Source: Alphaproteobacteria bacterium (GTDB taxonomy: Bacteria > Pseudomonadota > Alphaproteobacteria > UBA2966). From it: 64,000 nucleotides of DNA. Below are positions 32,706 through 42,675 of the stretch, piece by piece. Position 1 is the first letter of the stretch. Each line of letters begins with the position of its first letter. Under the pieces are notes generated by a model. That model ran no database searches. It had not been told where the DNA came from and saw only the letters and a program-made list of their open reading frames with translations. The position numbers and the translations under genes were made by a program. The stretch lies in assembly GCA_964291395.2 (NCBI GenBank), contig OZ219858.1, positions 640,001-704,000 of the forward strand. The letters are read 5' to 3'.

Positions 32706-33755
32706 TTAAACCTTTGCCATGACCTCCTCGGCAAACAGCTTGAGCGAGGCCTTGGCCTCGTCGAGGGGCATGTTGCCGTAGGCGAAATCGATCGAGGGAT
32801 AGATCTCGCCGCCGCAGATCTCCGTGAAATAGGCGATGCGCTCACGGGCGTTCTCCGGCGAACCGATGAAGGACTGCTCCACCAGCACGTCGTACGGGAA
32901 CTTCTCGACCGCGGTGATGAACTTCTCGTAGCCCGGATACTGCGCCGACGGCTGGCCGCGCCAGCGCTCCAGCGGCTCCAGAAACATGTTGATGTAGTGG
33001 CGGGCGTAGGATTCGGCGCGCTCCACCGCTTCCTTGTCCGTCGGCGCGCAGTAGGTCCGGAAGTTGATGTTGACGGACGCCGAGGCGGGGTCGTGGCCGG
33101 AGTCCGCGCGGAAGCTCCGGTACTGGACTACCATCTCGCCGAGCTCCGCGGGACGCAGGTAGAACGGCGTGATCATCAGGTTCATACCCTGCCTGCCCGC
33201 GTACTCGAAGGAATCGGGCGTGCGAAAGGCCGCCACATAGAAGGGAGGGTGCGGCTGCTGGACCGGCCGGGGCAGGGAACGAGCTTTCTCGAACCTGTGA
33301 TACCGCCCCTCGAAAGTCACTTCCTCCTCGGTCAGCAGGCGCCGAATGGCCTCGATGCCCTCCTCGTAGAGGGGCCGCGAGTCGTCCATGGAGACACCGA
33401 AGGCGTCGAACTCGTGGGGCAGGAAGGCGCGCGCGAAACCCACGTCGAGGCGCCCGCCGCTCATAGAATCCAGGAGGGCGATGCGCGCCGCGAGCTGGAG
33501 CGGGTGACCGAAAGCCGGGATCACGGCACCCGTCATCAGCCGCATGTCCGGCTGGCGCGCGGCCACGGCGGCCAGAAACTGGAGAGGGTCGGGGCTGTAT
33601 CCTCCATAAGGCGAGAGGTAGTGCTCGATGATCTTGGCGTGCATGAAGCCGAGGTCCGCCGCGAAATCGACGAGCTCGAATGTCTCGGCGTAATACTGCC
33701 GTGCGCTCTTCACGTCGGGCGTGACGTCGGGAAAGAACGTAACTCCAAACCGCAT
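32706..33755 (-). CDS. Luciferase-like (LLM) flavin-dependent oxidoreductase
   Basis: IEHY..YGGYSPDP, HPLQLA, SGGRLDVGFARAF, FEGRYH, PRPVQQPHPP. Confidence 0.9.
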   Translation of the reverse strand: MRFGVTFFPDVTPDVKSARQYYAETFELVDFAADLGFMHAKIIEHYLSPYGGYSPDPLQFLAAVAARQPDMRLMTGAVIPAFGHPLQLAARIALLDSMSGGRLDVGFARAFLPHEFDAFGVSMDDSRPLYEEGIEAIRRLLTEEEVTFEGRYHRFEKARSLPRPVQQPHPPFYVAAFRTPDSFEYAGRQGMNLMITPFYLRPAELGEMVVQYRSFRADSGHDPASASVNINFRTYCAPTDKEAVERAESYARHYINMFLEPLERWRGQPSAQYPGYEKFITAVEKFPYDVLVEQSFIGSPENARERIAYFTEICGGEIYPSIDFAYGNMPLDEAKASLKLFAEEVMAKV

Positions 33756-33857
33756 ACGACCCTCCCTCGCGGTACTTCATGCCGCCGCCTCGCCATTGAC
33801 AAATGACTACTCTCCTGGCTCATCCGCGACAAGCCGATAGCAGGGAATATGCGGCAC

Positions 33858-35096
33858 TTACAGCAGCGATTCCTCGAAGGGGAACGTGGACAGCAGCTCA
33901 ACGCCGGTGTCAGTCACCAGAACCTGCTGCTCGAGTTTGACACCCTCGGCACCGCCTTGGCTGCCGACGTAACTCTCAAGGCAGAGCGTCATGCCGGGCT
34001 CGATGACACCATCGTAACCATGGTCCAGAAGATCCCCGGGATAGGCGATGTGCGGATACTCGTCGCAGAGTCCTACACCGTGCGCGATGACCGAATAGCG
34101 GTTGGCGCCGAACTCATCCGGCAACCGGAAGCTCTTTTCGGCGAATTCCCGGAACGTCATGCCAGGTTTCAATGATTCGGCATTGAAATCGAGGTGTTCG
34201 CGGGCGAGCGCATAGAGCCGGCGCTGCTCGTCGTTGGCTCTGCCGTCGCCGCAGAGGTACGTGCGGGAGATGTCGGCACAGTAGCCGAAGGGTCCGATCA
34301 GATCCGTGTCGAAGGAGACGAGGTCGCCAGCCTCAATGATACGGAAGCCCGACTCCTGGAACCAGGGATTGGTCTTGGGACCCGACGTCAAGAGACGGGT
34401 CTCGATCCATTCACCGCCCCGTGCGATGTTTACCTGATGCAGGATCGACCAGAGCGCATTTTCGGTCATGCCTGGGGCCAGACGCGTGCGCATCTCGTGC
34501 ATCGCCGCCTCGCACACGGCAATCGAAGCCCGCATGCACTGGATCTCATCGTCCGACTTGATGACCCGCGCGAGCTCCATGATCTCGGTCCCGTCGCGAG
34601 TCTCGAGGCCCAATTCCTGCAGCGCTGCAATGGCGACAGGATTCGCTCGATCGATCGCAAGGCGCCGGTTGCCGCCTCCGCAATGCCGCAACAGATCTCC
34701 GATCTCCCTCGCCCAGCGATCCGCCCGTTCGGTCATCGCCGGTCCCGAAGCGAAATAATAGATGCCGGTGCCGTGGCGGATCTCGTCGACCGTGTCCAGA
34801 CCTGCGGAACGGTGCCCGCTATTGTGGAAATCGAACATCACCACGGGGCCGTCTACGGGGACGAAGACATAGCGCGCCGCGTTGTGCGTAATCCAGACCT
34901 GCATATTGGTGGAGTCCGTGGCATAGCGGACGTTCAGCGGGTCTGTCAGTACGATGGCAGCGACATCCCGTGCGGCCAGCTCCGACCGTACGCGACCCAG
35001 GCGGTAGGCGCGCACCGCGTCCATGTCGATACTTCGATATTCCGGCGGGTCGCGGTCTGATGCTGCGGGAAATCCCGCGTCGACAAGCGTGTTCAT
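33858..35096 (-). CDS. dddP: M24B-fold enzyme, DddP-like DMSP lyase
   Basis: DPLNVRYATDSTNMQVW, RGGEWIETRLLTSGPKTNPWFQE, FDTDLIG, DISRT, HGVGLCDEYP, VKLEQQVL match recalled DddP. Confidence 0.75.
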   Translation of the reverse strand: MNTLVDAGFPAASDRDPPEYRSIDMDAVRAYRLGRVRSELAARDVAAIVLTDPLNVRYATDSTNMQVWITHNAARYVFVPVDGPVVMFDFHNSGHRSAGLDTVDEIRHGTGIYYFASGPAMTERADRWAREIGDLLRHCGGGNRRLAIDRANPVAIAALQELGLETRDGTEIMELARVIKSDDEIQCMRASIAVCEAAMHEMRTRLAPGMTENALWSILHQVNIARGGEWIETRLLTSGPKTNPWFQESGFRIIEAGDLVSFDTDLIGPFGYCADISRTYLCGDGRANDEQRRLYALAREHLDFNAESLKPGMTFREFAEKSFRLPDEFGANRYSVIAHGVGLCDEYPHIAYPGDLLDHGYDGVIEPGMTLCLESYVGSQGGAEGVKLEQQVLVTDTGVELLSTFPFEESLL

Positions 35097-35236
35097 TTGA
35101 CTCACTCACCAGTTCTCGATCGGTGTGTATCCATTGGATGGTCGCCGTCGGACCCTGACTCCGATCCCGCCTTGGTGATATTCTGAATGCGTCCTGAGGC
35201 ATAGTTCCCATGAGAAAAACCTGAGAGCACTCGTCC

Positions 35237-36556
35237 ATGTCCGCCGATGTCCGTGGCCTGCCCATCACCGTTGCCAACGACGAAGCGCTTACGGCGTACG
35301 AGAAGGCGGTCGCCGGCTACCTGGCGCAGAAGCGCGACACCATGGACCAGCTCGACGCGGCACTCGACGCCGACCCGGAATTCGTGATGGCCCACTGCCT
35401 CAAGGCCTATCTGCTGAAGATGGCCTTCGATCCGGCTTTCCTTTCGGCCGCGCGCGAATCCCTGGAAGCAGCCAGGAAGGCGGCTGGGGGCGCGACGGAT
35501 CGCGAGAAGCGTCACGTCATCGCGGCCGGCCTCCTGCTCGACCAGAAGGCCGTCGACGCGCTGGCCACGCTCGATGGCATCGCCATCGACTACCCGACCG
35601 ACTTGATGACGTTGAAGCTGACGCAATTTTTCCACTTCTGGCGAGGCGATGCCGCCAACATGCGCGATGTCATCGGCCGCGCCCTGCACGCGTGGGATCC
35701 GGGCGTACCGGGTTACGGATTCGTACTCGGGTTGCTGTCCTTCGGCTTCGAAGAAGGCGGCGATTACGGGGCGGCGGAGCGCGTGGGGCGCGAGGCCGTG
35801 GAATTGAATCCTGAGGATTCCTGGGCCGTCCATGCCGTCGCGCATACGATCGAGATGGAAGGCCGGCATGCCGACGGAATCCAGTGGCTGAAGCGCACGG
35901 AAGCGAACTGGCTCGGGAACAACAACTTCCGCTTTCACCTGTGGTGGCACCGCTCCCTTCATCACCTGGAGCGGGACGAGGTCGACGAGGTCCTCGAACT
36001 CTACGACACCGGGATCCGCGGTGAGAAAACCGACTTCGCGACGGATATCGCCAACGGCTCGGCGCTGCTCTGGCGGCTGGTGCTCCGCGGTATCGACGTC
36101 GGCAATCGCTGGGAGGAGCTCGGCGAACGCGCCGAGGCCCATGTGCGCGACGCCGTAAATGCCTTCTTCAACACCAACTACATGATGGCGCTGCTGGCCA
36201 CCGACCGGCGGGAGGCGGCAGAGAACCTGCTCACGGCGATGCGCGAGGAGTCGGCCCGCAATGATCCGCTCGCTTCGCGTGCCGTTGACGCCGGCGTTGC
36301 CTTGTCGGAAGCGCTGCGGGCGTTCCATGACGGTGACTACGGCGCGGCCGTCGACTTCATCCTGCCCGTACGCTACGACCAGCACCTGTTCGGCGGCAGC
36401 CATGCCCAACGGGACGTCTTCGACCAGACTCTGGTGGTGGCCGCGATCCGATCCGGCCGCGAGTCCTTAGCCCGCGCCCTGATCACGGAGCGTGAAACCC
36501 GCCACCGCCAAGTGCCGGCGGCCTGGAAAGCCGAGGCCGGCATGACGGTGCATTAA
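35237..36556 (+). CDS. TTC38-like tetratricopeptide repeat protein
   Basis: ADPEFVMAH, DSWAVHAVAH, HLWWHR, GGSHAQRD. Confidence 0.85.
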   Translation: MSADVRGLPITVANDEALTAYEKAVAGYLAQKRDTMDQLDAALDADPEFVMAHCLKAYLLKMAFDPAFLSAARESLEAARKAAGGATDREKRHVIAAGLLLDQKAVDALATLDGIAIDYPTDLMTLKLTQFFHFWRGDAANMRDVIGRALHAWDPGVPGYGFVLGLLSFGFEEGGDYGAAERVGREAVELNPEDSWAVHAVAHTIEMEGRHADGIQWLKRTEANWLGNNNFRFHLWWHRSLHHLERDEVDEVLELYDTGIRGEKTDFATDIANGSALLWRLVLRGIDVGNRWEELGERAEAHVRDAVNAFFNTNYMMALLATDRREAAENLLTAMREESARNDPLASRAVDAGVALSEALRAFHDGDYGAAVDFILPVRYDQHLFGGSHAQRDVFDQTLVVAAIRSGRESLARALITERETRHRQVPAAWKAEAGMTVH

Positions 36557-36569
36557 CACGCGGCGCCCG

Positions 36570-37595
36570 ATGAAAACCGAGGATCCGAATGGGCCGTGGC
36601 CCTGTATGATTTTCCGGCGTAGATTCTACCCGACGCTGATTGTTGCGGCGCTGGTCTGGTCGCCCGTGGTGGCCCATGCCGATCTCGCCGAGGAATCGGC
36701 ACTCTGCCGCGACGCAACGGCCCATCCCGACGTGCGGGTCGGCGCATGCACGCATCTTATCCGCTGGGGCAACCACAGCGACAGGAGCCTCGCCGCCGCC
36801 TTCCACGCCCGCGGGCTCGCATATGACGCGCTCGGCGATAGCAAGAACGCCATTTCGGATTTCTCCGAGTCGATTCGCCTGAACCCGGGCAATGCCGTCG
36901 CTTACAACAACCGGGCCAATGCCTACGCGACTCTGGGCGCATTCGACCGGGCGCTCGCCGATTTCGCGGAGTCTCTGCGCCTCGATTCGGAAGATGCCAG
37001 CACGTTCAACAACCGTGGTACGGTCTATCAGAAGCTGGCCAACTATCGGCGGGCGCTCGCCCACTACGACGAGGCCATCCGTCTCGACCCGGGACTCATG
37101 CTGGCCCACAACAACCGCTGCGTGGCGCACCGGTCCCTGGGTGAATTCGTAAAGGCCCTGGCCGACTGCACGCGCGCCATCGAGCTGCAGCCTACCTACT
37201 GGCGGGCTTGGATGAACCGCGGCATCCTACACTACCTGATGGAGAGCTACGCCGAGGCCGCCGAGGACTACCAAGCGGCGATCCGTCTCGAACCCCTGAA
37301 TGCCGTACCCTTGAACGCCCTGGCCTGGTTGCGGGCGACCGCACCCGAGCAGAGCGTGCGGGATGGCGCCGAGGCGACGCGGCTTGCCGAAAGAGCCGTA
37401 CAACTCGGCGATACCGCACAGCATCGTGACACGCTCGCCGCCGCCTACGCCGAAGCGGGGCACTATCCCCGTGCGGTCAAGGAGGAAGAACGGGCCATCG
37501 CTCTGTCGCGCGATTCCGGTCGTCAGGAGACGGTGGCAGGCTTCCGAAAGCGACTGGAACTTTACCGTCGGGGCCAGCCCTTCCGTCAGCGATAG
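36570..37595 (+). CDS. Exported TPR protein
   Basis: Signal peptide (VVAHA-D), multiple TPRs (AYNNRANAY..), C-terminal DTLAAAYAEAG. Confidence 0.85.
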   Translation: MKTEDPNGPWPCMIFRRRFYPTLIVAALVWSPVVAHADLAEESALCRDATAHPDVRVGACTHLIRWGNHSDRSLAAAFHARGLAYDALGDSKNAISDFSESIRLNPGNAVAYNNRANAYATLGAFDRALADFAESLRLDSEDASTFNNRGTVYQKLANYRRALAHYDEAIRLDPGLMLAHNNRCVAHRSLGEFVKALADCTRAIELQPTYWRAWMNRGILHYLMESYAEAAEDYQAAIRLEPLNAVPLNALAWLRATAPEQSVRDGAEATRLAERAVQLGDTAQHRDTLAAAYAEAGHYPRAVKEEERAIALSRDSGRQETVAGFRKRLELYRRGQPFRQR

Positions 37596-37600
37596 GTCCG

Positions 37601-37846
37601 ATGGAACGGGTCATGATCGCCATCGACGACGTTTACGTTCCCGCGAAGCGCCGTCGCACGCTGGTCGCCGGGACTGTCACCGCCCTGGCCGAAAGCATCC
37701 TGGAGGAAGGTCTGAAGACACCTATCCTGGTGAGGCCCGACGGCGACCGGTTCGTGCTCGTCGAAGGACTCCACCGGCTCGAAGCCTGCAGGGCCCTGGG
37801 GGAGGAGATCATCCCAGCATATGAGGTCAATGCCCGCCTCAGGTGA
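37601..37846 (+). CDS. Small stand-alone ParB/Srx N-terminal domain protein
   Basis: LAESILEEGLKTPILV..FVLVEGLHRLEA. Confidence 0.8.
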   Translation: MERVMIAIDDVYVPAKRRRTLVAGTVTALAESILEEGLKTPILVRPDGDRFVLVEGLHRLEACRALGEEIIPAYEVNARLR

Positions 37847-37876
37847 GAGATGCTTCAGCCGGTGTCGTGACCCCGC

Positions 37877-38728
37877 TCAAACCGGTACCTCTCCTTTCAC
37901 GCTGGTGCGCAGCAGATGGCGCACGTCGCCGTCGGCGTAGTTCGAAAGCGCCTTGTGCATGGTGACACGGTTGTCCCACATCACGAAGTCTCCGTCCCGC
38001 CAATGGTGGGTGTAGAGGTTGTCGGCAGCGGTGGCCTGGGCGAATAGCGCGTCCAGGGTCTCGCGGCTTTCCTCCGCCCCCATCCCGACGATCAGGCGGG
38101 TAAACCCGGGATTGACGTAGAGCGCCCTGCGCCTGGTCTCGACTTGGGTGCGTACCACCGGATGTTCCACCGGCGGCACCTCGGCCGCCTGTTCGGTGGT
38201 CAGCGTCCGATCGGGGTTGTCGGCGAATACGGTCTCATAGGCCAGCGTGTAGTCATGCACCGCGCGGCATCCGTCAATCCGTTCCTTGACGTCCGCAGGC
38301 AACGTCTCATAGGCGCGCACCATGCTGGCGAACATGGTTTCGCCCCGCCCCGTCGGGACCTCTTTTGCGTGGAGCATCGATGCGAAGGTCGGCCGCACGG
38401 TATAGGAGAGATCGGAGTGCCAGTACTGGCCGGCGTTGACGGCGCCGACAGGCTTCCCGTCCTTGCGCACGTTGGAGACGATGAACACTTCGGGCATGCC
38501 TGGCAGCGTGAAGTCGGAGAGGACGTGCACTTCGGGCTCGCCGAGTTGACGGGTCAGCATGATCTGGGCCTCCGGCGACATCTCCTGATCGGGAAACACG
38601 AGCACGGCGTGTTCGCAGAGCGTCATCCTGATCTCGTCCGCGACGCCGACATCGACCGGACTACCGAGATCCACCCCAGTCACCTCGGCGCCGATCGGGG
38701 CGTCTCCGGGCCTGATGGTCAGGGTCAT
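37877..38728 (-). CDS. TauD/TfdA 2OG-Fe(II) dioxygenase
   Basis: IGAEVTGVDL, WHSDLS, HPVVR, HHWRDGDFVMWDNRVTMH. Confidence 0.92.
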   Translation of the reverse strand: MTLTIRPGDAPIGAEVTGVDLGSPVDVGVADEIRMTLCEHAVLVFPDQEMSPEAQIMLTRQLGEPEVHVLSDFTLPGMPEVFIVSNVRKDGKPVGAVNAGQYWHSDLSYTVRPTFASMLHAKEVPTGRGETMFASMVRAYETLPADVKERIDGCRAVHDYTLAYETVFADNPDRTLTTEQAAEVPPVEHPVVRTQVETRRRALYVNPGFTRLIVGMGAEESRETLDALFAQATAADNLYTHHWRDGDFVMWDNRVTMHKALSNYADGDVRHLLRTSVKGEVPV

Positions 38729-38813
38729 GCGTCCCTTCGCCCGTCGATCATTCGTATCATTGGTGCGACGTTCCCAATCGAGACCCGACCCCGGGTCCGA
38801 CCCTCCTGGAGAT

Positions 38814-39695
38814 CTAGCGCTGCATACCCCACTTCTGCACGGTGCCGATCTCGACGTTGCGGAAAATCAGGTTCTCGACGATCAGGCCGATGACGATGAC
38901 CGTGAAGAGGGCCGCAAAGACGTAAGGTGTTTCGAGGTTGTCGCCCCTCTCGAAGATCATCCAGCCCAATCCGCCCTCGCCGGAGGCCGCGCCGAACACG
39001 AGTTCGGCGCCGATCAACGTCCGCCAAGCGAAGGCCCAACCTACCTTCATCCCCGTGAGGATGGAGGCGAAGGCTGCCGGTACGAGGATCGTGAAGACGT
39101 AAGGAATGCCCCGCAGACCGTAGTTGCGGCCCACCATGCGCAACGTTTCGCTGACCGACATGAAGCCGGTGTGGGTGCTCAGCGCCACGGCCCACAGCAC
39201 CGAGTGGATGGTGACGAAGACCAAGCTCGGCACTCCGAGGCCGAACCACAGCATGGCCAACGGCAGCAGCGAGATCGCCGGAAGCGGCTGGAACATGGCC
39301 GTCATGGTGCTAAGGAAGTCGCTGCCCACGCGCGTCATCACCGCGAAGACCAGCAGTGCCGCCGCAAGAAACAGACCCGCCGCATAACCGAGCACCAGCA
39401 CGTAGACCGTGATCCACACCTTCTCCAGCATCAAGCCGCTGAGCAGGGTCTCCCACAGGACCGCGGCGCTCGCGGAGAAGCTCGGGAACAGCAGGGGCTC
39501 GACGTCCCCGATCCGGGTGTAGCCCTCCCACAGCACGACGAGGCCGAGGAGGATGGTGAGCTTGCGGACCGCGTTGATGTTCGAGATCCGCTCGAACAGC
39601 GACAGGCGCCGCTCGACGTCGACGTCCTGAGCGGCCTCGAGCCGTTCGACGACGAACTCCGGCCGGACATGGATGTCTGCCGTCGTATCCGTCAT
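38814..39695 (-). CDS. NitT/TauT-type ABC permease (copy 2)
   Basis: QPLPAISLLP, ILTGMKVGWAFAWRTLIGAEL; ATGA overlap with the upstream permease. Confidence 0.9.
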   Translation of the reverse strand: MTDTTADIHVRPEFVVERLEAAQDVDVERRLSLFERISNINAVRKLTILLGLVVLWEGYTRIGDVEPLLFPSFSASAAVLWETLLSGLMLEKVWITVYVLVLGYAAGLFLAAALLVFAVMTRVGSDFLSTMTAMFQPLPAISLLPLAMLWFGLGVPSLVFVTIHSVLWAVALSTHTGFMSVSETLRMVGRNYGLRGIPYVFTILVPAAFASILTGMKVGWAFAWRTLIGAELVFGAASGEGGLGWMIFERGDNLETPYVFAALFTVIVIGLIVENLIFRNVEIGTVQKWGMQR

Positions 39696-40612
39696 GCGAT
39701 CTGCATTCCCCAGCGCCGGATCGTGCGATCCTCGATGTTCCGGAATACACCGTTCTCGATGATGATCCCCACCAGGATCACGGCGAACAGACCGGCGAAC
39801 ACGTACGGCGTCTGATTTTCCATCTGGCTCTGGAAGATGATCCAACCGAGCCCGCCGGCACTGGAACCTTCGGCGCCGAGCTGGCCCGAGGTGTCCGCCA
39901 CCTGGCCGCCGAACACGAGCTCGGCCGCGATCAGCGTGCGCCAGGCAAAGGCCCAGCCGATGCGCAGCCCCGTCAGGATCGACGGGAAGGCCGCCGGGAT
40001 GAGGATCTTGTAAATGTAGGGCAAGCCCTTGAGGCCATAGTTGCGGCCGACCATGCGTTGGGTCTCGCTGACGCCCATGAACCCGGAATGGGTGTTGAGC
40101 GCCACCGGCCAGATGATGGAGTGGAGCAGCGTGAAGACGATCGCCGCCGGACCGAGACCGAACCACAGCATGGCCATCGGCAGCAGCGCGATGGCCGGCA
40201 GCGGGTTGAGCATGGCGGTCAACGTCGTCAGCAGGTCGCTGCCGAAGCGTGTCCACACGCCGAAGACGACGAGCACCGAGGCGATGCCGATGCCGACGGC
40301 GTAGCCCGTCAGCAGCAGGCTGAGCGAGTTCCAGACATTGATCAGCAGACTTTCGTTGACCAGGGCGTTGTAGAGTGCCGTCCCCGTGGCGGAGAATGTC
40401 GGGAACATGAGCTCGTTGATCTGGCTGATCCGCGTGTAGAGTTCCCACGCCACGACCAGCGTCACGAGGACGCTGAGCTTGCGGACCGCGTCGACGTTCG
40501 AGATGCGCTCCCAGACGGAGAGCCGCCGTTCGACGTCGCCGATCACGGCTTCGCCGATCTGCTGACCCTCGAACTCCTTCCGGACGTATGGTTGGATCGC
40601 GTGGTCAGACAT
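39692..40612 (-). CDS. NitT/TauT-type ABC permease (copy 1)
   Basis: NPLPAIALLP, ILTGLRIGWAFAWRTLIAAEL. Confidence 0.9.
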   Translation of the reverse strand: MSDHAIQPYVRKEFEGQQIGEAVIGDVERRLSVWERISNVDAVRKLSVLVTLVVAWELYTRISQINELMFPTFSATGTALYNALVNESLLINVWNSLSLLLTGYAVGIGIASVLVVFGVWTRFGSDLLTTLTAMLNPLPAIALLPMAMLWFGLGPAAIVFTLLHSIIWPVALNTHSGFMGVSETQRMVGRNYGLKGLPYIYKILIPAAFPSILTGLRIGWAFAWRTLIAAELVFGGQVADTSGQLGAEGSSAGGLGWIIFQSQMENQTPYVFAGLFAVILVGIIIENGVFRNIEDRTIRRWGMQIA

Positions 40613-41459
40613 GCTGAGGCTGGGTCTCCTCCTCGAGCACTCTGTCCGCGAAGATCATGCCGTGGATGCGGTTTTGCAGGGCCATGAAGTCTTCGCCGCC
40701 GACATCGTCATGGGTGTGCAGATGGGCGTTGAGTTCGGCCTTCACCTGCCCGGGATGCGGCGACATGATCAGGATGCGGCTGCCGACGATGACGGCTTCC
40801 TCGATCGAGTGGGTGACGAAAATGACGGTGAAACGCGTGTCATCCCACAACTGCAGAAGCTCCTCCTGCATCTGGCGGCGGGTCAGCGCGTCGAGCGCCG
40901 CGAACGGCTCGTCCATCAGCAGGATATCGGGTTCCATGGACATGGCGCGGGCGATGGCGACGCGTTGCTTCATGCCGCCCGACAGCATGTGGGGATACGT
41001 GTCCTCGAAACGCTCGAGCTTCACCTTGCGGATGTACTCGTGGGCGATCTCCTTGGCGTCGTCCTGGGACTTGCACTTGCCGCCATTGAGGAGTGCAAAG
41101 GTGATGTTGCCCATCACCGTCTTCCAGGGCAGGAGCTGATCGAACTCCTGGAACACCATACAGCGGTCGGGTCCCGGATCGCGGATCACGTTTCCCTTGA
41201 GGCGCATGTGACCCTCGACGGGATGCATGTAACCGGCGATCCCCTTGAGCAGGGTCGATTTGCCGCAGCCGGACGGGCCGAGGATGACGAATCGGTCCGC
41301 CGGATAAGTCTGAAAACTGACCCGGTAGGTCGCGGTGATCAAATGCTCCTTGGTCTTGTACTGGAGCGTGACACCGTCGACGTCGAGAACGGGTTCGGCC
41401 GCAGCGACGGCGGGAGCTTCTCCCGCCGTCGCCGCGGCCAGTTCACTGCCGCCCGACAC
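40605..41459 (-). CDS. NitT/TauT-type ABC ATP-binding protein
   Basis: GPSGCGKST, LSGGMKQR, LLMDEPFAALD, VTHS. Confidence 0.93.
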   Translation of the reverse strand: MSGGSELAAATAGEAPAVAAAEPVLDVDGVTLQYKTKEHLITATYRVSFQTYPADRFVILGPSGCGKSTLLKGIAGYMHPVEGHMRLKGNVIRDPGPDRCMVFQEFDQLLPWKTVMGNITFALLNGGKCKSQDDAKEIAHEYIRKVKLERFEDTYPHMLSGGMKQRVAIARAMSMEPDILLMDEPFAALDALTRRQMQEELLQLWDDTRFTVIFVTHSIEEAVIVGSRILIMSPHPGQVKAELNAHLHTHDDVGGEDFMALQNRIHGMIFADRVLEEETQPQHV

Positions 41460-41461
41460 CT

Positions 41462-42478
41462 TTAGCTGCCGGACATGTCGTGGTTATTCTCGAAGTAGTA
41501 GTCCTTCCAGCTGTTGGCCTTGGGAATATCGCCAATCTTATGCAGGAAGTTCGCGTACTTCATGGTGTGCTTCGGCACCGGATCGAAGTCAATCTCGCTC
41601 TTGTCCGTCAGCATCGCCTTCACCTCGTCCGGGTCGAGCTTGGTCTTGGTGTACCTGATGTAGAGCTCGGCAGCCTCCAGCGGATTGGCATTCACCCACT
41701 CGAAGGCCTCGTTGTAGCCGTTGACCACCGCCTGGTAGGTCTTCGGATTCTTGTCCTTGAATTCCTGGCTGGCGCTCATCACCAGCACAGAGTGCTGACC
41801 GCCCAGGATGTCATAGGACGTGATGACGTTATGGGCCTTGCCGCTCTTCAGTTCCTGGAAGGAGTAGGGCAGCGTGGCGAAGTGGCTTTTCACCGTCTGG
41901 CCGCCCGACATGATGGCAGCGAGTGCGATGGGGTGCTTCATGGAGACGACCAGATGATCGAGCTTGGTCGGCTCGCCCCACTTTCCATCCGCGTACATCT
42001 GCAGGGTCACGGCCTGAATCGACACCTTCGCCGCCGGAGTCGCGATCTTGTGATCCTCGGCGTTGAGGTAGTCCTCGACCGTCTTGACGTTCGGATCGTT
42101 GGAGTTGAGCTTCAGGGGCATGTCGGCCATGCCGCTCGCGATCTTGAAGGCGCCCTTGGTCCTGCCCCACAGCTTGAGCGCTGGGCCGACGCCATGGGCG
42201 CCGAAGTCGATGGTCTTGGCGAGCAGGGCCTTGTTGATGTTGGCGCCGCCGCTGATCTTGAACAGCTTGATTTCGGGCACCGGCAGGCCGAGCTTTTTGG
42301 CGTGCTTCTCGACGAGCTTATGCTCGAGCACGACGTGCAGCGGCACGTACAGGAGCCCGAACTGCTGAGCCAGATTTACGGTGGAAACTTCCGCTTTGGC
42401 AGGTACGGCCGAAACGGCTGCAAGCATGACGCCTGCCGTACCGGCGGCGAGCCAGCTTTTGCGCGCAACAAATTTCAT
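41462..42478 (-). CDS. ABC substrate-binding protein (SsuA/NMT1-like)
   Basis: Signal peptide (PAKA-E), AQQFGLLYVPL, KIATPAAKVSIQA, MKHP, SHFA. Confidence 0.88.
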   Translation of the reverse strand: MKFVARKSWLAAGTAGVMLAAVSAVPAKAEVSTVNLAQQFGLLYVPLHVVLEHKLVEKHAKKLGLPVPEIKLFKISGGANINKALLAKTIDFGAHGVGPALKLWGRTKGAFKIASGMADMPLKLNSNDPNVKTVEDYLNAEDHKIATPAAKVSIQAVTLQMYADGKWGEPTKLDHLVVSMKHPIALAAIMSGGQTVKSHFATLPYSFQELKSGKAHNVITSYDILGGQHSVLVMSASQEFKDKNPKTYQAVVNGYNEAFEWVNANPLEAAELYIRYTKTKLDPDEVKAMLTDKSEIDFDPVPKHTMKYANFLHKIGDIPKANSWKDYYFENNHDMSGS

Positions 42479-42675
42479 ATTGTCCTCCTCTGTCGACAAC
42501 ACAGCGATTCCCAAATCGTCCGTCGCCAGAGCCCGATGTTGCCGCAAACCTATTGTCCGGTCCACCCCGTTCTTCGAGGCGTTGCCAACGGAGTGTGACC
42601 CCGGGGTTCGGCACTTGCCACGCGGGAGGCATGAGACCATGCTGATCGCGCCAATTCAGGGAGGTGGAGGCGGAC

